A DNA stretch of 64,000 bases. It comes from Cellvibrionaceae bacterium (GTDB taxonomy: Bacteria; Pseudomonadota; Gammaproteobacteria; Pseudomonadales; Cellvibrionaceae). Positions 20,194 through 29,790 of the stretch are shown here, one piece after another (positions within the stretch are counted from its first letter, which is position 1; every line of letters begins with the position of its first letter). The notes beneath the pieces were generated by a model, which was given only the letters and a program-made list of their open reading frames with translations, was not told where the DNA came from and searched no databases. The stretch spans positions 2,884-66,883 of the forward strand of contig JBBDIU010000142.1 of assembly GCA_040880205.1 (NCBI GenBank), given 5' to 3'. Made by a program: the position numbers and the translations under genes.

Positions 20194-22203
20194 GTGACTC
20201 GACTCAACTCTCCCCAGCATCGCGCGGTTCGCTATATTGATGGCCCTTGCCTCGTGTTGGCTGGCGCGGGTAGCGGCAAAACCAGCGTTATTACCCACAA
20301 AATCGCCTACCTGATTAACTCTTGCGGGATTCCAGCGCGTCACATTGCCGCGGTCACATTCACCAACAAGGCGGCGAGAGAGATGAAAGAGCGGGCCGCC
20401 AAGCTGGTCAAGGGCAACGCGGCAAAGGGGCTCATCGTTTCGACATTTCACAACCTGGGACTGCGCATTATTCGCAGCGAATACAAGCGACTTGACTATA
20501 AAGCGGGGTTCTCCATATTTGACGGCGAAGACGCCCGTGCGGTACTGAAGGAAATCATGCTCAAGCACGAAGATGCCGACAGCGATCATCTGGATCGTAT
20601 TCAGGCGCAACTATCGCGGTGGAAAAACGACTTAATAGTCCCCGAAATTGCGTTGCAATCAGCGCACAGCGGCGGCGAGGAGGTTTTTGCCCGCATTTAT
20701 CAAGGCTATCACCAGGCTTTGACGGCCTACAATGCATTGGACTTCGACGACTTAATAGCGCTGCCGGTGCAACTCTTTCAGCGTGAGCCCGACACACTTG
20801 CTCGCTGGCAGCACAAGCTACGCTATTTACTGGTGGACGAATACCAGGATACCAACAACAGTCAGTATCGCCTTGTCAAACAATTGGTCGGCGACCGCAA
20901 CTCCCTCACCGTGGTGGGCGACGATGATCAATCCATCTATGCCTGGCGCGGCGCCAACCCGCAAAACCTTGCTCAGTTGCAAGACGATTTCCCGAATCTA
21001 AGCGTGATCAAGCTGGAGCAGAATTATCGCTCCACCGGCCGGGTGCTGAAGGCGGCTAATCACCTAATTAGTTTTAACCCCCATGTGTTTGAAAAAGCCC
21101 TGTGGAGCGAGTTGGGAGCTGGGGAACCGATCCGCGTGCTGCGCTGCGCCAACGACGATGCCGAAGCGGAACGAGTTGCGACGGAGATTTTGCACCAGCG
21201 GATAGGTCGCGGAATGAAGTTTCGTGATTTTGCGGTTTTGTATCGCGGCAACCACCAGGCCAAGCTGCTAGAGCTTAAATTGCAACAGCACCAGATACCC
21301 TACAATATCAGTGGCGGTACCTCGTTTTTTGCGCGCAGCGAAATCAAGGACATGATGGCTTATCTGCGGTTACTGGTTAATCCCGACGACGACAACGCCT
21401 TCCTGCGGATAATTAACACACCCCGGCGTCAGATTGGTACCTCGACGCTACAAGCTCTGGGACACTACGCGAGTCAACGGGAAATCAGTTTGTACTCGGC
21501 AATCGGCGAAATTGGGCTGCAACAACAATTATCCCCCGGTGCCCTGCAACGTCTGCAAAAGTTCGTGGCCACCATGGATTACACCCGGCAAGCTTGCATC
21601 GACCACGATCCCATTCGTGTATTGCGCGAGCTGGTGGACGATATCGATTACGAAGGCTGGCTGCACCAAAACGCCAGCAGCGCCAAGGTGGCGGAAAAGC
21701 GGATGGACAATGTGCATTTTCTGCTCGGGTCGATTAAAACCATGCTTGAGAAAGATGACGACACCAACCTTGATTTGCAGGGAGCCATTGCCAAACTGGT
21801 GTTACAGGATCTGCTAGACCGCCAGGAGGAGGAGGACCTCAGCGACAAGGTTCAGTTAATGACCTTGCACGCGGCGAAAGGTTTGGAATTTCCTCACGTA
21901 TTTATTCTGGGGGTTGAGGAAAATATTCTTCCCCATGCGAACAGTATTGTCCAAGGCGACGTAGAAGAGGAGAGACGATTGGCCTATGTGGGCATTACCC
22001 GCGCCCAACGAACACTAACACTTACCCTGGCCGCAAAGCGCAGGCAGTTTGGTGAGATCGTCGATACCACGCCAAGTCGTTTTCTTGATGAATTGCCTCA
22101 GGAAGACTTGGCGAGGGAAGGCTTTGTTGACGGGGTGTCGCCGGAACAAAATCAGGAAAAAGGCAGCGAGACACTGGCAAGCTTACGCGATCTATTGGCT
22201 TAG
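20194..22203 (+). CDS. rep: ATP-dependent DNA helicase Rep
   Basis: AGAGSGKT, VTFTNKAAREM, DEYQDTN, LEQNYRS, LYRGNHQ, EEERRLAYVGITRA. Confidence 0.96.
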   Translation: MTRLNSPQHRAVRYIDGPCLVLAGAGSGKTSVITHKIAYLINSCGIPARHIAAVTFTNKAAREMKERAAKLVKGNAAKGLIVSTFHNLGLRIIRSEYKRLDYKAGFSIFDGEDARAVLKEIMLKHEDADSDHLDRIQAQLSRWKNDLIVPEIALQSAHSGGEEVFARIYQGYHQALTAYNALDFDDLIALPVQLFQREPDTLARWQHKLRYLLVDEYQDTNNSQYRLVKQLVGDRNSLTVVGDDDQSIYAWRGANPQNLAQLQDDFPNLSVIKLEQNYRSTGRVLKAANHLISFNPHVFEKALWSELGAGEPIRVLRCANDDAEAERVATEILHQRIGRGMKFRDFAVLYRGNHQAKLLELKLQQHQIPYNISGGTSFFARSEIKDMMAYLRLLVNPDDDNAFLRIINTPRRQIGTSTLQALGHYASQREISLYSAIGEIGLQQQLSPGALQRLQKFVATMDYTRQACIDHDPIRVLRELVDDIDYEGWLHQNASSAKVAEKRMDNVHFLLGSIKTMLEKDDDTNLDLQGAIAKLVLQDLLDRQEEEDLSDKVQLMTLHAAKGLEFPHVFILGVEENILPHANSIVQGDVEEERRLAYVGITRAQRTLTLTLAAKRRQFGEIVDTTPSRFLDELPQEDLAREGFVDGVSPEQNQEKGSETLASLRDLLA

Positions 22204-22285
22204 CGGCACACCGCAAATTGAGCCCGGTCAAGCTCCAGCTTTATGGATCGTGCCGGGCCCCCTGGGGCTCACTCAGAAGCTAGCC

Positions 22286-22708
22286 CTAAATACCCTCAAT
22301 CATGTAGTCGATGGTTGCCCGCATTTCCTCTTCGGTACAGTTCATGCAGATGCCTTTAGCGGGCATGGCATTGATGCCGTTCCAGGCGTTTTCAAATACC
22401 GTTTCCATGCCTTTTTCCAAGCGGGGCTCCCATGCTGCCGCATCGCCGGGCTTCGGTGCCCCACCAACTCCGGTGTTATGGCAGGTTCCGCAGGTGGCTT
22501 GATAAATTTCGGCCGGGTCTCGCGCTTCGCTCGCCGCTACCACAGTGGTAGCCCCGCCCGTGCACTCATCACCCGCCATGCAGATTTCGCCGACCGGCCG
22601 CAGTCGCTCCGCGATGGCGTCGGTACGCTGATCGGCGACGGCAACAGCCGCGGCTCCCAGTAGCGTCCCTATGGCAAGACCTGCTAATACTCGTTTCAAT
22701 TGCTCCAC
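22286..22708 (-). CDS. Cytochrome c5
   Basis: IAERLRPVG, CGTCH, AMPAKG, C-terminal CxxC. Confidence 0.93.
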   Translation of the reverse strand: MEQLKRVLAGLAIGTLLGAAAVAVADQRTDAIAERLRPVGEICMAGDECTGGATTVVAASEARDPAEIYQATCGTCHNTGVGGAPKPGDAAAWEPRLEKGMETVFENAWNGINAMPAKGICMNCTEEEMRATIDYMIEGI

Positions 22709-22987
22709 TGTAAAACCCTCTCTTGTTTTCTGCGTACAACCCGACTGGGTCGAAAAAGCGCCATTATAAGCGCATTTTACTCAAGGTTAAATCATAGTTG
22801 TCTTTGGCAATGGCCAAGGCGGGTCGGATCTGGTTTAAAACCACTGTCCCAATGCAAGGCCGCGGTCTTGCCCCTGGGGGCGTCAGTTCCACGATATAGC
22901 TCAAAACGTGTGAATTGTCTTCACCGCCTCTCCCACCGCCCAGCCAAGGCATCCTGCGAGTAGGTAGTCGCGAAGGTTATAGCCAGA

Positions 22988-23629
22988 TTAATTACCGCGC
23001 TGCTGACGGACTTGCTCGACCAGATAATCGGCTATCTCGAGCATGGTTTCGTGGTTTACTTCAACGCTGGCATTGATGACATAGCGCCCATCAACCAGGA
23101 GGGTCGGGGTGCTGGAAACGCGCGCGCCGGCAATCTTTGATTCCGCCTGGTTTACCTGGCTGGTAATGCCGAAGGAGTCGAAGGTTTTGTTGAACAGCTC
23201 CATGTCGACGCGCTGCTTTGCGAATACCTGCCCGATCTGTTCCTTGCTCTGGAGCGGCTTGCGCTCCATGTGAAGAGCGCGAAACAGTCCCGGGTGGACC
23301 TCATCCATCACATCCAGTGCTTGCGCCGTGTACAGCGCGCGCGCCAGATTTTTCGTCATCCGATCCCACGTGACATGCAATCGGACAAAGTTCACGTCGT
23401 CGGGAAGGACTTTCTTCCAATCTTGAACTACTGCTTCAAACGTGAAGCAGTGGCCGCAGGCATAGGAGAAGATTTCGGCAACTTCTATTTTGCCGTTGTC
23501 GCGGACTGGAACCGCATTGTCGAGACGGCTGTAGTGTTTTCCCTCGACGAAAGGTCCAGCAGTGAATGCCGACATTGCGAATGCCAGCCATCCGACGAGG
23601 ATAAATGCCAATGTGTTTAATCGTTTCAT
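22988..23629 (-). CDS. dsbA: Thiol:disulfide oxidoreductase DsbA family (copy 2)
   Basis: Signal peptide; EIFSYACGHC; STP cis-Pro loop. Confidence 0.9.
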   Translation of the reverse strand: MKRLNTLAFILVGWLAFAMSAFTAGPFVEGKHYSRLDNAVPVRDNGKIEVAEIFSYACGHCFTFEAVVQDWKKVLPDDVNFVRLHVTWDRMTKNLARALYTAQALDVMDEVHPGLFRALHMERKPLQSKEQIGQVFAKQRVDMELFNKTFDSFGITSQVNQAESKIAGARVSSTPTLLVDGRYVINASVEVNHETMLEIADYLVEQVRQQRGN

Positions 23630-23673
23630 AGTTCATACCCAGTATTGTTCGTAACTGCTATCGTTCCTACCCG

Positions 23674-24321
23674 CTATTTTTCCGCACGGACTCGTTCCAC
23701 CAGAAAGTCGACCACGTTAAACATTTCGCTCTGTGGTACTTGCTGACTGGCTTCAATTCGATAACGGCCGTTGACGACGAGCTGTGGCGTACCGGTGATT
23801 TGGTAGCCCCGCGCTTTGGCGTCGGCTTCCCGGAGCAACGCTGTGACTTGCGAGGAGTTAAAAACTTCCACGGCCTTTGCTTCGTCCGCCCCAAAATCGG
23901 CAAACAGCGCGGCTACCGCTTCAGGGTTGTTCAATGGGTTCCGGTCTATGTGTAGCGCGTTGTAGACCGCCTGATGAACCTGGTCCAGAATACCCAACTG
24001 CGCCGCTGTGTAATAGGCGCGGGCGTGAGCTTCCATCGGCCGACTCCATATGGCGGGTATTTGCACGAAGTTTACATCTTCCGGCAGATCTTCCTTCCAT
24101 TTCAACACACGAGGTTCAAATTGAAAGCAGTGACCACAGCCGTACCAAAAGACTTCGGTCACTTCGATTTTGTTGGGCACCTCCACCGCCACGGGCTCGG
24201 CCAGTTCCGTGTAGTGCACGCCCTCCCGATAGACAGGCGTGGACTGGGGGTTTTCCTGTGCGTGGGCGGCAAGGCCGAGGAGCAGGGCGATGACCGCCGC
24301 TGCCGCAGGGAGAATTCGCAT
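23674..24321 (-). CDS. dsbA: Thiol:disulfide oxidoreductase DsbA family (copy 1)
   Basis: ATG at 24321 with GAGG RBS; EVFWYGCGHC; GTP cis-Pro loop. Confidence 0.92.
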   Translation of the reverse strand: MRILPAAAAVIALLLGLAAHAQENPQSTPVYREGVHYTELAEPVAVEVPNKIEVTEVFWYGCGHCFQFEPRVLKWKEDLPEDVNFVQIPAIWSRPMEAHARAYYTAAQLGILDQVHQAVYNALHIDRNPLNNPEAVAALFADFGADEAKAVEVFNSSQVTALLREADAKARGYQITGTPQLVVNGRYRIEASQQVPQSEMFNVVDFLVERVRAEK

Positions 24322-24431
24322 AAACAACCTCTGGTGGCGGCGCTTGCTTGTGGCACGTGCGTAATTCGAGGGTCCGGGCGGAGCGGGCCGGCGAAGCGCC
24401 GCAGCCGGCAGGCAATCCCGATAAAAGACCA

Positions 24432-25112
24432 TTAGGGCGCCGCTGGGTTCCGCTCACCCACGTGCAGGCCGGCGATATAGTTGGCCACAGCGGTGATTTC
24501 CGCGTCGCTCATGTGTTCGGCCACTTGCCGCATGACCAGATTTTCATCGTTCACCCGATCGCCGACGCGGAAATCCCGTAGCTGTTTGGCAATATAGTCC
24601 GCGAATTGCCCGCCCACACGCGGATAGCCGGCAGGTGCATTGCCCGCGCCGGTGGGTGAGTGGCAGGCACTGCAGGAGGGCACACTGGTTTCGGGATTGC
24701 CGAAGCGGTACAGGGTTTCCCCGAGAGCCAAGGCTTTGGTGGTATCACCACTGTTGAGCTGTACCTCTATGTCCTCGGCACCCGACAACAGCATGGACTG
24801 ATTGGCATAATACGCAGCCAGGTCGTGCAAATCCTGCTCGGACATGCCGTTCAACATTCCGGTCATCTCCGGGACCGGCCGAATGCCACTTTTAATCTCC
24901 TCAAGCTGCTTATACAGGTACTTTTCCCCCAGACCCGCTAGTTTGGGGTAGAGGGCGACACTGCTGTTACCGTCCGAGCCGTGGCAGGCGGCGCAGATCG
25001 CCGTTTTTTCAGCGCCTGCCTCGGCGTCTCCCTGGGCCTGAGTGAGCGCGGACATCGATACCAAAAGTGATAGCCCCAGTAAAATAGCCGCCGGTTTGGT
25101 GAAATTCTTCAT
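24432..25112 (-). CDS. Di-haem cytochrome c4
   Basis: CAACH and CSACH motifs; YPKLAG; divergent from yihA. Confidence 0.94.
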   Translation of the reverse strand: MKNFTKPAAILLGLSLLVSMSALTQAQGDAEAGAEKTAICAACHGSDGNSSVALYPKLAGLGEKYLYKQLEEIKSGIRPVPEMTGMLNGMSEQDLHDLAAYYANQSMLLSGAEDIEVQLNSGDTTKALALGETLYRFGNPETSVPSCSACHSPTGAGNAPAGYPRVGGQFADYIAKQLRDFRVGDRVNDENLVMRQVAEHMSDAEITAVANYIAGLHVGERNPAAP

Positions 25113-25298
25113 GTGAAATCCATACTGATCTGTGATGTGGCAAAGTGTCTGTGATGTGCAAAGCGGTGCCGGACTGCCTGCCGGAACCCCGGCGGCGGCA
25201 AAGGCCGCACATTATATACTAACCACTCCAATATACTAACCGAGCGCCATCCGGCCCCGAACGACGATTAAACGGGTAGAATACGCCTCGCCATCCCA

Positions 25299-25973
25299 GT
25301 GGATCCCGGCGGGGTCCCGTCATTACCACAGGTGCAACCCGTGATCGACTTCCAACGCGCCCAGTTCAGCCAAAGCGCGCCCAGTGTTGCCGAATGCCCG
25401 CCCGACAGCGGGGCGGAAGTGGCCTTCGCGGGTCGCTCTAATGCCGGGAAGTCCAGCGCCATTAACTCCCTGACTGGCAACAACAAGCTGGCACGAACCA
25501 GCAAAACCCCCGGACGGACCCAGCTGATCAATTTTTTCGACCTTGACGCAGGGCGGCGCCTAGTCGACCTGCCGGGCTACGGTTACGCCAAGGTGCCGCG
25601 CGCGATCAAGGAACGATGGCAAAAACACCTATTGGAGTACCTGGAAAAGCGGCAAAGCCTGCGCGGCTTGGTGCTGCTCATGGATATTCGTCATCCGCTC
25701 CAGGAATACGATACCAAAATGCTCAATTGGGCTATACAGGTGGAGATGCCGGTGCATATCCTGCTCACCAAGGCCGATAAACTGAAGGCCGGTCAGCGTA
25801 ACAGCACGCTACTAAAACTGCGCCATCATTTGCAGGAGGCGGGGGTGGATGACCTGGTAAGTGCCCAGGCCTTTTCTTCCTTGAAAAAGCAAGGTCTGGA
25901 TGAGCTGGTGGTTAGGCTCAACGGCTGGCTGACGGATGCGGAATGCGCAGATGCCAATCAAGCGGGCAGCTAA
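25299..25973 (+). CDS. yihA: Ribosome biogenesis GTPase YihA/EngB
   Basis: [27 protein letters not shown]. True start may be GTG at 25332 or 25341. Confidence 0.96.
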   Translation: MDPGGVPSLPQVQPVIDFQRAQFSQSAPSVAECPPDSGAEVAFAGRSNAGKSSAINSLTGNNKLARTSKTPGRTQLINFFDLDAGRRLVDLPGYGYAKVPRAIKERWQKHLLEYLEKRQSLRGLVLLMDIRHPLQEYDTKMLNWAIQVEMPVHILLTKADKLKAGQRNSTLLKLRHHLQEAGVDDLVSAQAFSSLKKQGLDELVVRLNGWLTDAECADANQAGS

Positions 25974-26055
25974 CTCAAACCGTTGCGACAGAGCCGCGCG
26001 CCGACGCTCTCTGGTGTGACATAGCGCAATTGGTCTGCCGTAGCGCAAAAAAAGA

Positions 26056-26162
26056 CAAAAAAAACCCGACAGCTTGGGGCAACTATCGGGTCCAAAAACC
26101 AGTACTCTTGGGGCCGAGCACTGGAAGTTTTACTGAAACACATTGGGCATATGCTTCAGTAC
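26056..26162 (-). ncRNA. Candidate sRNA B: three hairpins with GCCC(C)A loops; last hairpin is the terminator
   Basis: Stems at 26131-26161, 26099-26124 and 26064-26091. Their non-Watson-Crick positions are all G-U on the minus strand. U8 tail follows; own sigmaE-type promoter upstream. Confidence 0.75.
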
Positions 26163-26168
26163 GTCAAG

Positions 26169-26195
26169 TGAGACTGGTTAGCCGACCGAATGTTC
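26169..26195 (-). promoter_or_regulatory. sigmaE/AlgU-type promoter of sRNA B
   Basis: Minus strand GAACAT-N16-TCTCA. Confidence 0.68.
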
Positions 26196-26220
26196 CCGAC
26201 CGCCAGCAAAAATCCAGGGC

Positions 26221-26331
26221 AAAAAAAGCCCCAGTGTTAAGACCGGGGCTACTTTGCTATCGGTTTGTGCTAAGCAAGGTTCGGCTTATAAAGCCAGCTA
26301 ATAGGAGAGTAAGACACCAATCAAATTGGTA
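26221..26331 (-). ncRNA. Candidate sRNA A (ErsA/Spot42 position) with anti-SD seed
   Basis: 5' hairpin ACCAAT-TTG-ATTGGT, then single-stranded CTTACTCTCCTATT, then terminator AGCCCCGGT...ACTGGGGCT + T-run; directly downstream of polA. Confidence 0.72.
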
Positions 26332-26335
26332 CGGT

Positions 26336-26362
26336 TAAGATTAGCTTAGCGAGAAAAAGTTC
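26336..26362 (-). promoter_or_regulatory. sigmaE/AlgU-type promoter of sRNA A
   Basis: Minus strand GAACTT-N16-TCTTA. Confidence 0.75.
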
Positions 26363-26433
26363 TCGACGAGGGGATGACGGATTTGTGCATCCAATCACGA
26401 TTCACCAGCGACCTGCTAGCGCTGTCGCGCAGT

Positions 26434-29160
26434 TCAGTGCGCCTCGTCCCAATTGTTGCCACTGCCCGCCTCCACCACCAGGGGCACAGCCAACTCCGCC
26501 GCGCTTCCCATCAGCTCACATAGGGTTTGGCTCACCTGTTCTACCGCTCCGGCTTCCACTTCCAGTACCAATTCGTCATGTACTTGCAGAATCATATTGG
26601 CCGGCACTTTCTCATTGTGTATCCAATTATCCACCGCGATCATTGCCTGCTTGATAATGTCCGCGGCACTGCCCTGCATTGGCGCGTTGATTGCCGTGCG
26701 CTCAGCGGCCTGCCGGCGCATGCCGTTGCGATCATTGATTTCCGGCAGGTACAAACGTCGCCCCATAATGGTTTGAACGTAGCCCTGTTCCCGAGCAAGG
26801 GCCCGCGTATTGTCCATGTAGCGACGCACACCGGGATAACGCTCGAAATAAAGATCAATATATTGTTGAGCTTCCTTGCGCCCGATGCGTAATTGGCGGG
26901 CAAGGCCAAAAGCGGACATGCCGTAAATAAGGCCAAAGTTAATGGCTTTGGCGCTACGGCGCTGCTCCGTGGTCACTTGATCGAGCGCCACACCAAACAC
27001 TTCGGCCGCAGTCGCCTGATGAACGTCGAGCCCCTCGGAAAACGCCCGCAATAGACCTTCGTCCCGCGACAGGTGCGCCATGATACGCAATTCAATTTGC
27101 GAGTAATCGGCGGCGACAATCTTGCAGCCGGACGGGGCGACAAATGCCTGTCGAATTCGGCGTCCTTCTTCCGTGCGAATGGGAATGTTTTGCAGGTTGG
27201 GATCGGAAGACGACAAACGACCCGTCGCTGTTACCGCTTGGTGATAGGAGGTATGCAAGCGTCCGGTTTCGGCGTTTATCATCTGCGGCAATTTGTCGGT
27301 ATAGGTGGACTTTAACTTGAACAGGCCGCGGAAGTTCATGATCAACTGCGGTAGGGGATAATCCAAGGCCAACTCCTGCAAGACTTCTTCGGCGGTGGAC
27401 GGCGCTCCCTTGGGCGTTTTTTTCAGGATTGGAAGTTTTAGTTTTTCGAATAACACCGCACAAAGTTGTTTCGGCGAACTAAGATTGAAAACCTCCCCGG
27501 CCATATCGCAAGCTTCTTCTTCGATTTGGCACAGCTTTTCGGCGATTTCCTGACTCTGCTTTTCCAGTGCCGCGCAATTGAGCAGCGCACCGCAACGTTC
27601 GATGCGCGACAGCACCGGCACCAGCGGTATTTCCAAACGCTCGAAAACTTGGCGCAAAGGGTCAATTGCTTCCAACTGCGGCCACAGGGTCTCGTGCAAT
27701 CGCAACGCGATATCGGCGTCTTCCGCCGCGTAAGGCGCGGCCAGTTCCAGCGGAATCGCATTGAAGGTCAGCTGCTTGGCGCCTTTTCCCGCGATCTCTT
27801 CAAAACGAACTGTGTTGTAGCTGAGGTGGCGGTTGGCCAGCGTGTCCATGTCGTGGCGGCTGGCGGTGGAATTGAGGACGTAGGATTCGAGCATTGTGTC
27901 GTAGGCAATGCCCTGTAGGTTGATGCCGTGATTGGCCAATATATTCTTGTCGTATTTCAGGTTCTGGCCGAGCTTGAGCTGCACCGGATTTTCCAACAGG
28001 GGTTTGAACCGCGCCAATACTTTGTCCAACGCGAGTTGTTGCGGCGCGCCTTCGTAGTCGTGCGCGACGGGCACGTAGGCCGCTTCTCCGGTTTGCACGG
28101 CAAACGACAGGCCGACCAGTCGTGCCTCCATATAATTGAGGCTGGTGGTTTCAGTGTCGAAGGCAAACACGGGCGCCGCTTCCAGACGCGCCAACCACTT
28201 TTCCAGCGCCGCCTCATCGAGGATGGTTTGATAATGGACCTTGTCCTTGTCCAGACTGTGAGCGGCGCGGGCCTCCTCACCACTCAACTCCACGAGCCAT
28301 TGTTTCAGTTCGTAGAGCTCGCACAATTCGATCAGTTTGCTGTGGTTCGCGGGATTAACCAGCAGGTCGGCCGGGGCCATGTCCAATTCGACATCGGTCT
28401 TGATGGTCGCCAGGCGGTAGGACAGGTAGGCTTGATCCTTATGTTCACGCAACTTGTCCGGCAGGCTCTTGGCCCCGCGCAGGGGCAATTCGGCCACGGC
28501 GTCGAGGTTGTGGTAGATATCATCCAGGCCGCCGAGCGCCTGGACCAGCCCAACCGCGGTCTTTTCACCGACGCCGGGCACTCCGGGAATATTGTCGGAC
28601 TTGTCGCCCATCAGCGCGAGAAAGTCGATCACCCGTTCGGGCGGGATGCCGAATTTGTCAATGACTCCCTGCCGGTCCATAACGGTATCGTTCATGGTAT
28701 TGACCAGCGTTACATGGGGGCTAACCAGCTGGGCCATGTCCTTGTCGCCAGTGGAAATCAGCACGTGGTGGCCTTCTCGCGTCGCCTGACAGGCCAGGGT
28801 GCCGATCACGTCATCCGCTTCCACGCCCTCAATAATCAACAGCGGCAGGCCCATGGCGCAGATAAGGTCATGCACCGCCTGGACCTGGCTGCGCAATTCA
28901 TCTGGCATTGGGGGTCGGTGGGATTTGTATTCGGCGAAGATTTCGTCGCGAAATGTTTTGCCCTTCGCATCAAATACCACGGCAATTTGGCTATTGGGAT
29001 AGTCCTTTTGCAGGCGCCGCAGCATGTTGGTCACCACCAGAATGGCGCCGGTGGCCCGGCCATCCCGGGTGCGAAGATTTTTGCTCTGCATGGCGTGGTA
29101 GGCACGGTAGAGGTAGGAGGATCCATCCACCAACACCAGGGGTACTGTTGCTGAGTTCAT
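26434..29160 (-). CDS. polA: DNA polymerase I
   Basis: [14 protein letters not shown] 5'-3' exonuclease, FDTET 3'-5' exonuclease, [26 protein letters not shown] at 29160. Confidence 0.98.
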   Translation of the reverse strand: MNSATVPLVLVDGSSYLYRAYHAMQSKNLRTRDGRATGAILVVTNMLRRLQKDYPNSQIAVVFDAKGKTFRDEIFAEYKSHRPPMPDELRSQVQAVHDLICAMGLPLLIIEGVEADDVIGTLACQATREGHHVLISTGDKDMAQLVSPHVTLVNTMNDTVMDRQGVIDKFGIPPERVIDFLALMGDKSDNIPGVPGVGEKTAVGLVQALGGLDDIYHNLDAVAELPLRGAKSLPDKLREHKDQAYLSYRLATIKTDVELDMAPADLLVNPANHSKLIELCELYELKQWLVELSGEEARAAHSLDKDKVHYQTILDEAALEKWLARLEAAPVFAFDTETTSLNYMEARLVGLSFAVQTGEAAYVPVAHDYEGAPQQLALDKVLARFKPLLENPVQLKLGQNLKYDKNILANHGINLQGIAYDTMLESYVLNSTASRHDMDTLANRHLSYNTVRFEEIAGKGAKQLTFNAIPLELAAPYAAEDADIALRLHETLWPQLEAIDPLRQVFERLEIPLVPVLSRIERCGALLNCAALEKQSQEIAEKLCQIEEEACDMAGEVFNLSSPKQLCAVLFEKLKLPILKKTPKGAPSTAEEVLQELALDYPLPQLIMNFRGLFKLKSTYTDKLPQMINAETGRLHTSYHQAVTATGRLSSSDPNLQNIPIRTEEGRRIRQAFVAPSGCKIVAADYSQIELRIMAHLSRDEGLLRAFSEGLDVHQATAAEVFGVALDQVTTEQRRSAKAINFGLIYGMSAFGLARQLRIGRKEAQQYIDLYFERYPGVRRYMDNTRALAREQGYVQTIMGRRLYLPEINDRNGMRRQAAERTAINAPMQGSAADIIKQAMIAVDNWIHNEKVPANMILQVHDELVLEVEAGAVEQVSQTLCELMGSAAELAVPLVVEAGSGNNWDEAH

Positions 29161-29266
29161 ATTCGATCTAATGTGATGATGCGTGAAAGGGCCTATCTTA
29201 CCGTTCTCGCGCGACAGTGTTGGATTTTTTGTTGAAAGCGAGTGCTTACACACCCGCATATTTCCA

Positions 29267-29282
29267 TGGCACAAGAATAGCT
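29267..29282 (+). promoter_or_regulatory. Possible sigma54 promoter
   Basis: TGGCAC-AAGAA-TAGCT (GG-N10-GC) upstream of the 104-aa ORF. Confidence 0.45.
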
Positions 29283-29475
29283 AGCAAACCTCGGCGCCGA
29301 CTACAAACCGGGAAAGGTTTCGGGATTCGACTTTCTTCACAGTTTCACAACAAAAATTAACTCATACCCTGCCATTTTCATTGATTGATATACACTCAAT
29401 CAGGCATCCACCTGAGGCGCTCGTCCGTATAAGCGGAGCGCATCGAGTATTAATCCGTCAGGAAGGGGAATCGTT

Positions 29476-29790
29476 TTGGAAAAGATCATTTTTTCACAGT
29501 CCGGTGTCTATCGCTTGCAACAACTCGCCAGCCAGGTTCGCTGTATTACCGGGATTCGCCACAAGCTGTCCGACGAATCGGCGATGATCGAGCTACTGCG
29601 CAGTTCTGCCAGCTCTGATCACAAGGTTATCCAGACCTACTTTGCCGCCTTCACTTCCGAACTGGACGAACAACAACGAAGTTCGCTGGTCGCTAAAGGC
29701 ATTCACGGTCCCGCCGATACCCAGGGTTATAGGCCTCACGCCAGACAGTCGACCACATCCTCGGCTAGATTGCGCATCAACTCCGCGTAG
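29476..29790 (+). CDS. Hypothetical protein
   Basis: TTG start with GGAAGGGG RBS; helical globular-looking first 75 aa; 3' end overlaps znuA. Confidence 0.65.
   Translation: MEKIIFSQSGVYRLQQLASQVRCITGIRHKLSDESAMIELLRSSASSDHKVIQTYFAAFTSELDEQQRSSLVAKGIHGPADTQGYRPHARQSTTSSARLRINSA

Noticed and set aside
26056-26162. Repeated TTGGG(G)C motifs as a mini-CRISPR
   Set aside because: Only 6-7 nt are shared, they form hairpin loops, and no cas genes are present.
27928-29154. 408-aa plus-strand ORF (similarly 45926-46843, 7283-8176, 39270-40049, 38341-39084, 51369-52136)
   Set aside because: Antisense shadows of polA, hemF, lysA/dapF, coxB, coxA and fmt; no recognisable motifs.
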